From Desulfobacterales bacterium (GTDB taxonomy: Bacteria; Desulfobacterota; Desulfobacteria; Desulfobacterales; UBA5852): a stretch of DNA of 42,231 nt. A program made the translations under genes and the position numbers. Within the stretch, counting starts at the first letter, position 1, and every line of letters starts with the position of its first letter. Shown one piece after another: positions 25,667 through 34,372 of the stretch. The notes under the pieces are model-generated. The model was not told where the DNA came from. It saw only the letters and a program-made list of their open reading frames with translations, and searched no databases. Location: assembly GCA_050124295.1 (NCBI GenBank), contig JASFFM010000001.1, positions 1 through 42,231 on the forward strand, given 5' to 3'.

Positions 25667-27766
25667 GTGCTTGATCCTGTCGTCATTTCCGTCATGGCCT
25701 TAATGGGCATTGGGGCCACTTGCGGCCTGGTGCTCAGTGTGGCCTCGAAAGTGTTCTATGTTTACGAAGATCCGCGCATCGCCCAGGTCGAATATTTTTT
25801 TGCCGGTGCCAATTGCGGCGGTTGCGGTTATGCCGGCTGTTCTTCGGCCGCCGTGGCCGTGGTCAACGGCAACGCCCCGCCCGGGGTTTGCATCGTGGCC
25901 GGAATGGAGTCCGCCGTGTCTGTCGCCGAGGTGATGGGCGTCGATCCGGGCAGTGCCGAGCCCCTGATGTCCAAAAACGAATGTTCCGGCGGCGAGCGTG
26001 CCGAAAACCATTATGTCTATAACGGTGTCAACAGCTGTCAGGCCCTGGCCGCGCTTTATGGCGGACACAAAATCTGCTCCATCGGCTGTCTCGGGCAGGG
26101 CGACTGCATCAAGGCCTGCCGGTTCAACGCCGTGCACATGGGCCCCAACGGCTTCCCGGTCGTGGACGAGGCCATGTGCGTCGGCTGCGGGGCCTGTGAA
26201 AAAGCCTGTCCCAAGAACATCATCCGTGTGCGCACCATGTCCGAGCGCCTGCTGCACTTCAACCAGGAAGACGACGCCCTGGCGCCCTGCCAGCAGACCT
26301 GCCCGGCGGAAATCGACATCCCACGCTATATCCGCCAGATTAAAGAAGGCGATTACGAAGGTGCCGTGCACACCATACGGGAGCGCAATCCGCTTCTGCT
26401 GACCTGCGGCCGGGTTTGTCCCCATCCCTGTGAAGACAAGTGCCGCCGCGGCATTGAAGATGAAGCCGTATCCATCAATCAACTGAAGCGCTTTGTGGCT
26501 GACTATGAAATGAACTCGGGCAGCCGTCTGCCCATCGCCTGTGCGCCGGATACCGGTAAACGGGTCGCCGTCATCGGTGGCGGACCGGCCGGGCTGAGTT
26601 GCGCCTATTTCCTGCGCCGGCTGGGCCACGGCGTCAAGATTTACGACATGATGCCCAGGCTGGGCGGGATGACCCGCTACGGGATTCCCGAATACCGGCT
26701 CCCCAAGGAAGTCCTGCAATGGGAAACCGATGGCATCTTGAACCTGGGCATTGAATTCCAGGGCGGCGTTCGCCTGGGGCAGGATTACACCGTTGGTGCC
26801 CTGCGTGATGAAGGCTTTGACGCGATCTTTATGGGCGTTGGTGCCTGGAAGGATTACAAGCTGCGGGCCGAGGGCGAAGACCTCAAGGGCTGCTATACCG
26901 GCATCGATTTTCTTACCCGTTTTGCCAGCCACCAGCAGGGCGATGACCCGGATGAGGTTCCGGTGGGCAAAAAATGCGTCGTCATCGGTGGCGGCAATAC
27001 CGCCATCGACTGCGTGCGCACCCTCATCCGCTTGGGCGCCGATGAAGTCTCCATCGTCTATCGCCGCACCCGCAAGGAGATGCCGGCCAACGCGGTGGAG
27101 ATCGAAGCCGCCGAACACGAGGGGGTTCAATTTCACTTTCTGGCCGCACCGGTAAAAGCCATCGGCGATGCCAAGGGGTATGTCAAGCAACTGGAATACC
27201 TCAAGATGGAGTTGGGCGAACCCGACGCCAGCGGACGCCGGCGGCCGGTGCCGATCGAAGGTTCGGAAACCCTGATGGACATCGACATGCTGATCACGGC
27301 CATCGGCCAGGGACCGGATGTCTCTTTTCTGGAAAAAGAGGCCGCCATCAAGGATCTGGAAATCACCCGCTGGAGCACCATCGAGGCCGATCCGGAAACG
27401 CTCCAGACCAATATCCCCTACGTTTTTGCCGCTGGCGACGCCCAGACCGGCGCCTCCCTCGTGGTGGAAGCCATTGGCGGGGGTCGTCGGGCGGCGCGGG
27501 CCATCCACCTTTATCTGAATGACGAAGACGTGACCCCCGTTCCCAAGTCCTTGCGCAAAAAACACATCCCCGAATCCCTCTTCGAAACGGTGGCCGGCAT
27601 CACACCCATCAAACGCACCCCCATGCCGGAGATGCCGGTGGAGGAACGCATCAAAACGTTCGAGGAAGCGGATCTCGTGATCAATGAGACCGATGCCGGA
27701 CGCGAATCCAATCGCTGCCTGAATTGCTGCCGCATTTGTTACGACAAGGACGCCTGCGCGGCCTAA
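25667..27766 (+). CDS. rnfB: RnfB fused to a GltD/NfnB-like FAD- and NAD(P)H-binding iron-sulfur oxidoreductase
   Basis: N-terminal half: TM helix, CGGCGYAGC FeS domain, and two 4Fe-4S ferredoxin motifs (CSIGCLGQGDCIKAC, CVGCGACEKACP). C-terminal half: CQQTCP...CGRVCPHPCEDKC (GltD Fer4_20-like), VAVIGGGPAGLSCA (FAD) and VVIGGGNTAIDCVRT (NAD(P)H). It ends in a Cys-rich tail, CLNCCRICYDKDAC. I prefer the GTG start at 25667 because of AAGGAG 6 nt upstream. The upstream in-frame ATG at 25598 is an alternative. Confidence 0.85.
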   Translation: MLDPVVISVMALMGIGATCGLVLSVASKVFYVYEDPRIAQVEYFFAGANCGGCGYAGCSSAAVAVVNGNAPPGVCIVAGMESAVSVAEVMGVDPGSAEPLMSKNECSGGERAENHYVYNGVNSCQALAALYGGHKICSIGCLGQGDCIKACRFNAVHMGPNGFPVVDEAMCVGCGACEKACPKNIIRVRTMSERLLHFNQEDDALAPCQQTCPAEIDIPRYIRQIKEGDYEGAVHTIRERNPLLLTCGRVCPHPCEDKCRRGIEDEAVSINQLKRFVADYEMNSGSRLPIACAPDTGKRVAVIGGGPAGLSCAYFLRRLGHGVKIYDMMPRLGGMTRYGIPEYRLPKEVLQWETDGILNLGIEFQGGVRLGQDYTVGALRDEGFDAIFMGVGAWKDYKLRAEGEDLKGCYTGIDFLTRFASHQQGDDPDEVPVGKKCVVIGGGNTAIDCVRTLIRLGADEVSIVYRRTRKEMPANAVEIEAAEHEGVQFHFLAAPVKAIGDAKGYVKQLEYLKMELGEPDASGRRRPVPIEGSETLMDIDMLITAIGQGPDVSFLEKEAAIKDLEITRWSTIEADPETLQTNIPYVFAAGDAQTGASLVVEAIGGGRRAARAIHLYLNDEDVTPVPKSLRKKHIPESLFETVAGITPIKRTPMPEMPVEERIKTFEEADLVINETDAGRESNRCLNCCRICYDKDACAA

Positions 27767-27811
27767 AACGGCCCAAGACTTGCGGCCACCACATCTGGCG
27801 ACAATCCAATC

Positions 27812-27849
27812 AAAGCCCTGGGATCTTTGCGATACCAGGGCTTTTCATT
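27812..27849 (+). terminator. Probable intrinsic terminator of the rnf operon
   Basis: 10-bp stem AAAGCCCTGG/CCAGGGCTTT with a 13-nt loop, followed by a T-rich tail. It lies 45 nt after the rnfB stop. Confidence 0.6.
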
Positions 27850-28072
27850 GGATAGCGCCAGCCACGGCGCCGCTTCACCGCTCGGGGGCCGTGCCCGGTA
27901 ACGTCACCGCCGTCGGTGATCGTGATCGCGATAAGAGGTCGCGATGGGAACATCTTCGCGGGGGCATCCATCCTTGAGGAGGCGACCTCACCGCTGCCGA
28001 ACGAGCACGTATCAAGAAAGGCATCACGCGCGAGGCACCTCCGGCGGGGCGGGAGGCCATCGTCCGGATTTT

Positions 28073-29050
28073 TCAGGGATCCCGGGTTTCACGCAACCCA
28101 TCGAGCAGGACCAGCATATCCTCGGGCATTGGGGCTTCGAATTGCACCCATTGATCGCTTCCCGGATGGATAAACCCCAAACGCCAGGCATGCAGCATCT
28201 GTCGGTGGGCCTTGATAGGGCTTTTGGGGCCTTCTCCCGACCCACGCTCAACCACCATATGATGACGCCCCCCATAGAGCTTGTCACCGATCACAGGATG
28301 GTGCAGGGCAGCACAATGCACCCGTATCTGATGGGTACGACCGGTTTTGAGATCCAGCTCCAGCAAGGTCGCCCCCTGGAATGCGGCTTTGACCGTGTAG
28401 TGGGTTTCGGCCGCACGCGTCTTGGTGGCCACCGTCGACATCTGTTTGCGTGCGGTCGGATGACGCCCGATGGGTAAACGGATTTCGCCCCGGGAAGTCT
28501 TCATGGTGCCGCGCACAATGGCCAGATAGGTCTTGCGGACGCGTCGGTTTTTGAACTGCGCGGCCAAGTGTTCGTGGACAGCGGGTTTTTTGGCGATCAC
28601 CATCACGCCGGAGGTATCCTTGTCGAGGCGGTGCACGATACCCGGGCGAATTTCGCCCCCAAATGCCGCCAGGTCGCGGCAGTGGTGCAACAATCCGTTG
28701 ACCAGTGTGCCGGACGGATGCCCCGGGGCGGGATGAACCACGAGACCGGGCGGCTTGTTGATCACGATCAGAGCGGCGTCTTCGAAAAGGATATGGAGAT
28801 CGATAGGTTCCGGCTGGATTTCGGAAAGGGTCGGTTCCGGCAGACGCCCGGAGATCTCATCGTCCAGACGAACCCGGTAGGAGGGCTTTACCGGCGCATG
28901 ATTGACCTGGACGAGCCGCTGCTGAATGATTTGGGCGGCGTAGGAGCGCGAGCAGTCTTCCAGATAGCCGGATAGGATGACATCCAGCCGCAACCCACAC
29001 TGTGACTCCTGAGCCGTGAAGGCAAAACCGCGGGATGGTGGACGATCCAT
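28073..29050 (-). CDS. rluD: 23S rRNA pseudouridine synthase, RluA/RluD family
   Basis: N-terminal S4-like domain (LRLDVILS...) and catalytic motif HRLDKDTSGVMVIAKK, then HQIRVH. Confidence 0.9.
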   Translation of the reverse strand: MDRPPSRGFAFTAQESQCGLRLDVILSGYLEDCSRSYAAQIIQQRLVQVNHAPVKPSYRVRLDDEISGRLPEPTLSEIQPEPIDLHILFEDAALIVINKPPGLVVHPAPGHPSGTLVNGLLHHCRDLAAFGGEIRPGIVHRLDKDTSGVMVIAKKPAVHEHLAAQFKNRRVRKTYLAIVRGTMKTSRGEIRLPIGRHPTARKQMSTVATKTRAAETHYTVKAAFQGATLLELDLKTGRTHQIRVHCAALHHPVIGDKLYGGRHHMVVERGSGEGPKSPIKAHRQMLHAWRLGFIHPGSDQWVQFEAPMPEDMLVLLDGLRETRDP

Positions 29051-29065
29051 GACAAACCGAAGGTG

Positions 29066-29608
29066 TCAGGCACTTCCTTTTTCGAAGAGGGATTCGATTT
29101 CTTGGAGGACTGCTTTTTCGTCGGCCTTCTTGGCGGTGGAAAGCTCCTTTACAAGAAGAACCTGAGCGGTGTCGTAGAGCTTGCGCTCGCCAAAGGAAAG
29201 ATCCTTGGTGAGTTTGAGCAGAAAAAGATCGCGGAAAACTTCGGCGACATCGAAGAGACTGCCGGTTTTGATTTTATCCATGTACTCGCGATAACGACGG
29301 TTCCAGGTCTGATTATCGCCAGCCCCGGGATCCCGGTTTTTCATCACGTCGTAGATCTTGGGGATATCTTTGGCATCAATAATATCCCGCAATCCGACCG
29401 ATTCGACATTCCAGGTTGGAATCATGATGACCATGCCGTTTTCGAGCACTTTCATAATGTAGAAATTGTGCTCTTCGCCGTTGACGACACGGGTTTCGAT
29501 GGCCGTGATTTCACCTACGCCGTGCGCGGGATAGACAGCCAGGTCACCAACGGCAAACTTACGGATTTTAGCTTTGGTGCTCTGGCCTTTGGTTTTTTTT
29601 TCAGTCAT
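29066..29608 (-). CDS. carD: CarD/CdnL-family RNA polymerase-binding transcription factor
   Basis: KFAVGDLAVYPAHGVGEITAIE...FYIMKVLENGMVIMIP, typical CarD_CdnL_TRCF N-domain. 180 aa. Confidence 0.9.
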   Translation of the reverse strand: MTEKKTKGQSTKAKIRKFAVGDLAVYPAHGVGEITAIETRVVNGEEHNFYIMKVLENGMVIMIPTWNVESVGLRDIIDAKDIPKIYDVMKNRDPGAGDNQTWNRRYREYMDKIKTGSLFDVAEVFRDLFLLKLTKDLSFGERKLYDTAQVLLVKELSTAKKADEKAVLQEIESLFEKGSA

Positions 29609-29659
29609 GTAACTTTCATTTCGTACGAAAATGGCTAATATTTCTATCTATTTCGCAAC

Positions 29660-29688
29660 ATAATAGCATAGCGGGGCAAAACAATCAA
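29660..29688 (-). promoter_or_regulatory. Candidate sigma70-type promoter of carD-rluD (TTGATT-17 nt-TATTAT, read on the minus strand)
   Basis: Minus-strand TTGATT (29688-29683), 17-nt spacer, TATTAT (29665-29660). About 50 nt upstream of the carD ATG, in an AT-rich stretch. Confidence 0.55.
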
Positions 29689-29723
29689 TAAAAAAGGATT
29701 GGCGCAAAACTGCGCCAATCCTT
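29689..29723 (-). terminator. Intrinsic terminator downstream of hppA
   Basis: Perfect 13-bp stem AAGGATTGGCGCA/TGCGCCAATCCTT with a 4-nt loop. On the minus strand it is followed by TTTTTATT. It starts 31 nt after the hppA stop. Confidence 0.85.
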
Positions 29724-29754
29724 AATTCAGGTCAAGATTGCCAAGCGACGTCGA

Positions 29755-31767
29755 TTACATCAGGAAGGGTACCATCAGCAGCGCGACGACGTTCAGGATC
29801 TTGATCATCGGGTTGACAGCCGGTCCGGCGGTGTCTTTGTAGGGGTCGCCTACGGTATCGCCGGTGACGGCGGCCTTGTGAGCATCGCTGCCCTTGCCGC
29901 CCAGATGGCCGTCTTCGATGTATTTCTTGGCGTTATCCCAGGCCGCGCCCCCCGTGGTCATGGAAAGCGCCACGAACACGCCGGTAACGATGGAGCCGAT
30001 CAGCAGACCGCCCAAGGCGATCTTGCCCAGGAAAAAACCCACCAGCAGCGGGGCGATAACCGGCAGAATGGCCGGCACCAGCATTTCCTTCAAGGCAAAC
30101 TTGGTCACGATGTCCACGCAGGCACCGTAATCCGGTTTGGCCGTACCTTCCATGATCCCGGGGATCTCGCGGAACTGACGACGAACCTCATCCACCACGG
30201 CGCCGCCGGCATTGCCAACGGCCTTCATGGCGATGGAGGCAAACAGGTAGGGCAACAAACCACCAATGAAAAGACCGATGATGACGTTGACATCCGAAAG
30301 GTCGAAGGCCATGGCTTCCTTGCCGCCGCCTCGCATCTGGAATTCCATCACGTAAGCGGCGAAAAGCACCAGGGCGGCCAAGCCGGCGGAACCAATCGCG
30401 TAACCCTTGGTGACCGCTTTGGTGGTGTTGCCAACCGCATCCAGGGGATCGGTCACGGCGCGCACGCTCTCGTCCATTTCGGCCATCTCGGCGATACCGC
30501 CGGCATTGTCCGTAATGGGACCGTAGGCATCGATGGCGATCACCATACCGGTCATGGAAAGCATGGAAATGGCGGCCATGGCGATGCCGTAGAGACCGCC
30601 AAACTGGTGGGCCAGCAGAATAGCCAAACAGATGGCCAGCACCGGCGCTGCGGTGGCCTGCATGGAAACCGCCAGACCGGAAATGATGTTGGTACCGTGA
30701 CCGGTGGTGGACGCTTCGGCGATGGCCTTAACCGGCCCGTAGATCCCGGTGTAGTATTCGGTGATGATAACGATCACGACCGTCAGCACCAGCCCGATCA
30801 GGGTGCAGTAGTAGATGTTCATGGCGGAGATGTCGGGGATGTTGCCCATGAACTTCATGGTGGCAAAATAGAAGACGATCCCGGCTAGAATGGCGGAGCC
30901 GAACATGCCCTTGTAGAGTGCGCCCATGATGTAGCCGCCCGAGCCCAGGCGAACGAAAAATACGGCAATCATGGAGGCGATGATCGAAATAGCACCCAGA
31001 ACCAACGGGAATTCAGTCGCCATGGGGATTTTCGGGAACAGCAGGTGTCCGATGAGCATGGCGGCCACGGCCGTCACGGCATAGGTCTCGAAGAGATCGG
31101 CGGCCATACCGGCGCAGTCACCCACGTTATCGCCCACGTTGTCGGCGATGGTGGCCGGGTTGCGGGGGTCGTCTTCCGGGATACCGGCTTCGACCTTACC
31201 CACCAGGTCCGCGCCGACGTCCGCACCCTTGGTGAAGATACCACCGCCCAGACGGGCAAAGATCGAAATCAGGCTGCCACCGAAACCGAGGGCAACCAGG
31301 GCCACGACGTCATGGGTCAGGGTGTAGTAACCCGCCACCGAGGTCAGGGCCAGGCCCGCCACGATCATCCCGGTCACGGAGCCACCCTTGAAAGCCATGG
31401 AAAGACCGGCGGCCATGCCCTTTTTGGCGGCTTCCGCCGTGCGGACGTTGGCCAAAACGGAGACCCGCATGCCGATGTATCCCGCCAAGAAGGACGCCAC
31501 CGCGCCCACGAGAAAACCGATGGCGGTTTTGGCACCCATGGTCGCAAAAATAACACCAAAAATGATAATGCCCGCAATCCCCATGCTTTTCATCTGGCGA
31601 TTGAGATAGGCGATCGCACCTTCCTGGATGGCGCCGGCGATCGACTGCATTTTTTCGTTTCCAGCCGGTGCGCCTTTTACAATCGCGGCCAGAATGATGG
31701 CAAACAAAATACCGGATACGCCTACGAGCGTACATGTCAGCGGCAGATTATTGAATACTGCGTCCAT
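29755..31767 (-). CDS. hppA: Membrane-bound proton-translocating pyrophosphatase (K+-independent type)
   Basis: [57 protein letters not shown] prefer the ATG at 31767 because the minus strand reads GGAGGAAAGA-ATG. The in-frame ATG at 31779 is an alternative. Confidence 0.95.
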   Translation of the reverse strand: MDAVFNNLPLTCTLVGVSGILFAIILAAIVKGAPAGNEKMQSIAGAIQEGAIAYLNRQMKSMGIAGIIIFGVIFATMGAKTAIGFLVGAVASFLAGYIGMRVSVLANVRTAEAAKKGMAAGLSMAFKGGSVTGMIVAGLALTSVAGYYTLTHDVVALVALGFGGSLISIFARLGGGIFTKGADVGADLVGKVEAGIPEDDPRNPATIADNVGDNVGDCAGMAADLFETYAVTAVAAMLIGHLLFPKIPMATEFPLVLGAISIIASMIAVFFVRLGSGGYIMGALYKGMFGSAILAGIVFYFATMKFMGNIPDISAMNIYYCTLIGLVLTVVIVIITEYYTGIYGPVKAIAEASTTGHGTNIISGLAVSMQATAAPVLAICLAILLAHQFGGLYGIAMAAISMLSMTGMVIAIDAYGPITDNAGGIAEMAEMDESVRAVTDPLDAVGNTTKAVTKGYAIGSAGLAALVLFAAYVMEFQMRGGGKEAMAFDLSDVNVIIGLFIGGLLPYLFASIAMKAVGNAGGAVVDEVRRQFREIPGIMEGTAKPDYGACVDIVTKFALKEMLVPAILPVIAPLLVGFFLGKIALGGLLIGSIVTGVFVALSMTTGGAAWDNAKKYIEDGHLGGKGSDAHKAAVTGDTVGDPYKDTAGPAVNPMIKILNVVALLMVPFLM

Positions 31768-32422
31768 TCTTTCCTCCATCAGAAGTTTCGGGTGAATTCT
31801 TGGTTGTGCGATGAAACCTGTTCATACCGACTTTCGCCCCGTGGCAAAGGACGGTCTCTGCGGCATCACAGGCTCGGGCGAACACCGCATCCAGCATCTC
31901 CTTTTCCGGTGTGCTGAACGGTCCCAGTACGTGATCGATGACATCACTTCCGCGAGCCGGACGCCCGATGCCGATACGTAAACGGGCAAATTCTCCGCTG
32001 CCCAGGGCATCCATAACTGATTTCAAACCGTTGTGGCCTCCATGCCCTCCTTTCTCTTTTATTTTTATGCGTCCAAAAGCAAGATCAATATCGTCATGAA
32101 TGATCAATACGTCCTTTAGGGAGATACCGTAATAAGACATCAGGCGCAAGACAGGCGGCCCGCTGCGGTTCATAAATGCCTGGGGGGCGACGAGAACCAC
32201 GGCCCGATCTGCAATGACACCCAAACCGTAACAACTGTCGAAACGACAATCCGTCAGCGAGATACCATGATCTCGACCGAATCGCTCCAGAACCCGAAAG
32301 CCCGCATTGTGCCGGGTTTGTTGATAGGCCTCCCCCGGATTGCCCAGCCCCACGAGCATAAACTGGGGTTTCGGGCCTCTGCGCAGGCGCGAGATCCATC
32401 GCCGTACAAACTGCCCCAACAC
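31748..32422 (-). CDS. pth: Peptidyl-tRNA hydrolase
   Basis: [20 protein letters not shown] and HGGHNGLKS motifs. The start is uncertain: GTG at 32422 after GAGG, ATG at 32359, or TTG at 32485. The 3' end overlaps the hppA start out of frame. Confidence 0.88.
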   Translation of the reverse strand: MLGQFVRRWISRLRRGPKPQFMLVGLGNPGEAYQQTRHNAGFRVLERFGRDHGISLTDCRFDSCYGLGVIADRAVVLVAPQAFMNRSGPPVLRLMSYYGISLKDVLIIHDDIDLAFGRIKIKEKGGHGGHNGLKSVMDALGSGEFARLRIGIGRPARGSDVIDHVLGPFSTPEKEMLDAVFARACDAAETVLCHGAKVGMNRFHRTTKNSPETSDGGKNGRSIQ

Positions 32423-32490
32423 TCCCGCCTCACCGTAGCCGGTACCCGGGTTACGCCGCTGGTGGCCCGAAGGTGAGTCGACCAAAACAA

Positions 32491-33150
32491 CTATTCGGCA
32501 GGCGGTGCTTGGGCAGTTTCATCTTCGGCCACCACCTCTTCGCCTTCTTCGCCTTCTTCGCCTTCCTCGACCTCTTCGACCTCTTCTTCGGCCTGGCGCC
32601 CGCTGAGAATGGTCAGAATGGTGAAATTGACCTCATGAACCAGTTCGACGTCACCCTCAACGGCAATATCTTCCACGTGGATCGATTCACCCATATCCAA
32701 ATCGGTGACATCAATCTCGATCGTCTCCGGGATATCGGATGGCATGCAGAAGGCTTCCAGTTCGTGGCGGATGATCTGGATCATACCGCCCACTTCAACC
32801 CCCTTGCACTTGCCGACCGTCGTCACCGGAACCATGACCCGGACTTTGCGATCCATGGCAACCTCATAAAAATCAGCGTGAATGAGGCTCCCGTTGACCG
32901 GGTGCTGCTGCAACTCTTTGAGCATGGCCTTGCGGGTATCCGCGCCTTCGATGGCCAAATTGACAAAAACCTGGCGCGAGCTGGCAGCCTTCAGCGATTG
33001 TTCGAGCTCATAAACGTTGACGCTGAGCGCCATCGGTTCTGATCCGGGGCCGTAGATAACGGCGGGAATATCACCCCCTCGTCGTAGGGCCCGCGCCGGG
33101 CTGTTTCCTTTGGTCGTTCGTGGCTTGGCTTTTAGTTCGAGAAACTCCAA
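32491..33150 (-). CDS. rplY: 50S ribosomal protein L25 / general stress protein Ctc, with an acidic C-terminal tail
   Basis: LKAKPRTTKGNSPARALRRGGDIPAVIYG N-terminus and the two-domain Ctc length. The tail reads EEEVEEVEEGEEGEEGEE. Confidence 0.92.
   Translation of the reverse strand: MEFLELKAKPRTTKGNSPARALRRGGDIPAVIYGPGSEPMALSVNVYELEQSLKAASSRQVFVNLAIEGADTRKAMLKELQQHPVNGSLIHADFYEVAMDRKVRVMVPVTTVGKCKGVEVGGMIQIIRHELEAFCMPSDIPETIEIDVTDLDMGESIHVEDIAVEGDVELVHEVNFTILTILSGRQAEEEVEEVEEGEEGEEGEEVVAEDETAQAPPAE
32541..32585. repeat. Five tandem copies of a 9-bp unit (cgccttctt x2, cgccttcct, cgacctctt x2) inside rplY
   Basis: Read directly from the sequence. On the minus strand it encodes the EEG/EEV repeats of the L25 tail. 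Confidence 0.9.
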
Positions 33151-33281
33151 AAATCGATCCTCCCTGATGGTATCTTCAGTGACCTTCCCGCCAGGTTGTG
33201 CGGGCGTCCTGGATATGCATGTTAATCAAATGGCAAAACCATGTGGAATGGAGCCATCTGAGGTCGACGGCTCCGTTGGTA

Positions 33282-34223
33282 TCAGACAAATAACGAGGTG
33301 ACCGAATCTCCCCGGTGGCTTCGAATAATCGCTTCGCCGACCAGTTCGGCGATGCTAAGTGATTTGATCTTGTCGCAGACGAGCGCTTTCTCATTCAGGG
33401 GGATGGTGTCGGTCACGACAACGCTATTCAAATGTGAATCACAAATCCGCTCGATTGCCGGGCCGGAAAGCACGGCGTGGGAACAGCAGGCATGGACTTC
33501 GCTGGCCCCCCTTCCCATGACGGCGGCCGACGCCTCCACCAGGGTTCCGGCGGTGTCCGCCATATCATCCAAAATGATGGCAATTTTATCCTTCACATCT
33601 CCGATAACGGCCATTGCCTTGGCTTCGTTGGGTTTTTCGCGGCGTTTATCGATAATTGCCAGATCGGCATCGAGTCGTTTGGCGAAGGCGCGCGCGCGCA
33701 CCACGCCGCCGGTATCCGGAGAAACCACCACCAGATTGCCCGAAAAATGCTCTCGGATGTATTCGAGAATGACCGGAGCGGCAAAAAGGTTGTCCACCGG
33801 AACGTCGAAAAAACCCTGGATCTGACCGGCATGCAGATCCATCGTAATGACGCGGTTGGCCCCGGCAACCTCCAGCATGTTGGCCACCAGTTTAGCGCTG
33901 ATGGGTACCCGCGGGGCGACCTTTTTGTCCTGTCGCGCGTAGCCGTAATAAGGGATCACGGCCGTTACGCGTCGCGCCGAGGAGCGTTGGAAGGCATCGA
34001 TCATCAGCAGAAGTTCGACCAGGTTGTGGTTGACCGGATGACAGGTGGACTGCACCACGAACACGTCTTTAGAGCGGACGTTTTCATCGATTTCGATCTG
34101 GATTTCACCATCGCTGAAGGTTTTAACCTTGGCCCCCCCCAAGGGCATATCAAGATATTCGCAGATTTTTTGGGTCAAGCGCGGGTTCGAGTTGCCGCTG
34201 AAAATCGCCAGTTTACCCATCAA
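33282..34223 (-). CDS. prs: Ribose-phosphate pyrophosphokinase
   Basis: [57 protein letters not shown]. Confidence 0.96.
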   Translation of the reverse strand: MMGKLAIFSGNSNPRLTQKICEYLDMPLGGAKVKTFSDGEIQIEIDENVRSKDVFVVQSTCHPVNHNLVELLLMIDAFQRSSARRVTAVIPYYGYARQDKKVAPRVPISAKLVANMLEVAGANRVITMDLHAGQIQGFFDVPVDNLFAAPVILEYIREHFSGNLVVVSPDTGGVVRARAFAKRLDADLAIIDKRREKPNEAKAMAVIGDVKDKIAIILDDMADTAGTLVEASAAVMGRGASEVHACCSHAVLSGPAIERICDSHLNSVVVTDTIPLNEKALVCDKIKSLSIAELVGEAIIRSHRGDSVTSLFV

Positions 34224-34266
34224 TGCGTCCGTTGCCGATAGTAGTTTCAGGAAAATTGGCTGGGGC

Positions 34267-34341
34267 GGGAGGATTCGAACCTCCGAATGCAGGGACCAAA
34301 ACCCTGTGTCTTGCCACTTGACGACGCCCCAAACGCTTTAA
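34267..34341 (-). tRNA. tRNA-Gln (anticodon UUG), CCA encoded
   Basis: Minus strand reads TGGGGCGTCGTCAAGTGGCAAGACACAGGGTTTTGGTCCCTGCATTCGGAGGTTCGAATCCTCCCGCCCCAGCCA. It has a 7-bp acceptor stem, anticodon stem CAGGG/CCCTG with loop TTTTGGT, and T-arm GGAGGTTCGAATCCTCC. Confidence 0.93.
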
Positions 34342-34372
34342 AGCAAAATCCGCCAACGAATCTCCCGTGTTT

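Noticed and set aside
25700-27565. 621-aa ORF antisense to the rnfB-GltD fusion
   Set aside because: Same reasoning. The sense strand carries a full set of Fe-S and FAD/NAD(P)H motifs, while the antisense product is Gly/Ala/Asp/His-rich with no motif.
27850-28072. Small ORFs (61-85 aa) in the convergent gap between rnfB and rluD, as candidate small proteins or toxins
   Set aside because: They overlap one another in different frames, lack an RBS and have Arg/Gly/Pro-rich composition. I see no support beyond chance open frames. The region stays unassigned.
34224-34372. tRNA-Gln as a genomic-island integration site
   Set aside because: The tRNA sits in the conserved ispE-tRNA-prs-rplY-pth arrangement. 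I noticed no integrase, no direct repeat of the tRNA 3' end and no composition shift next to it.
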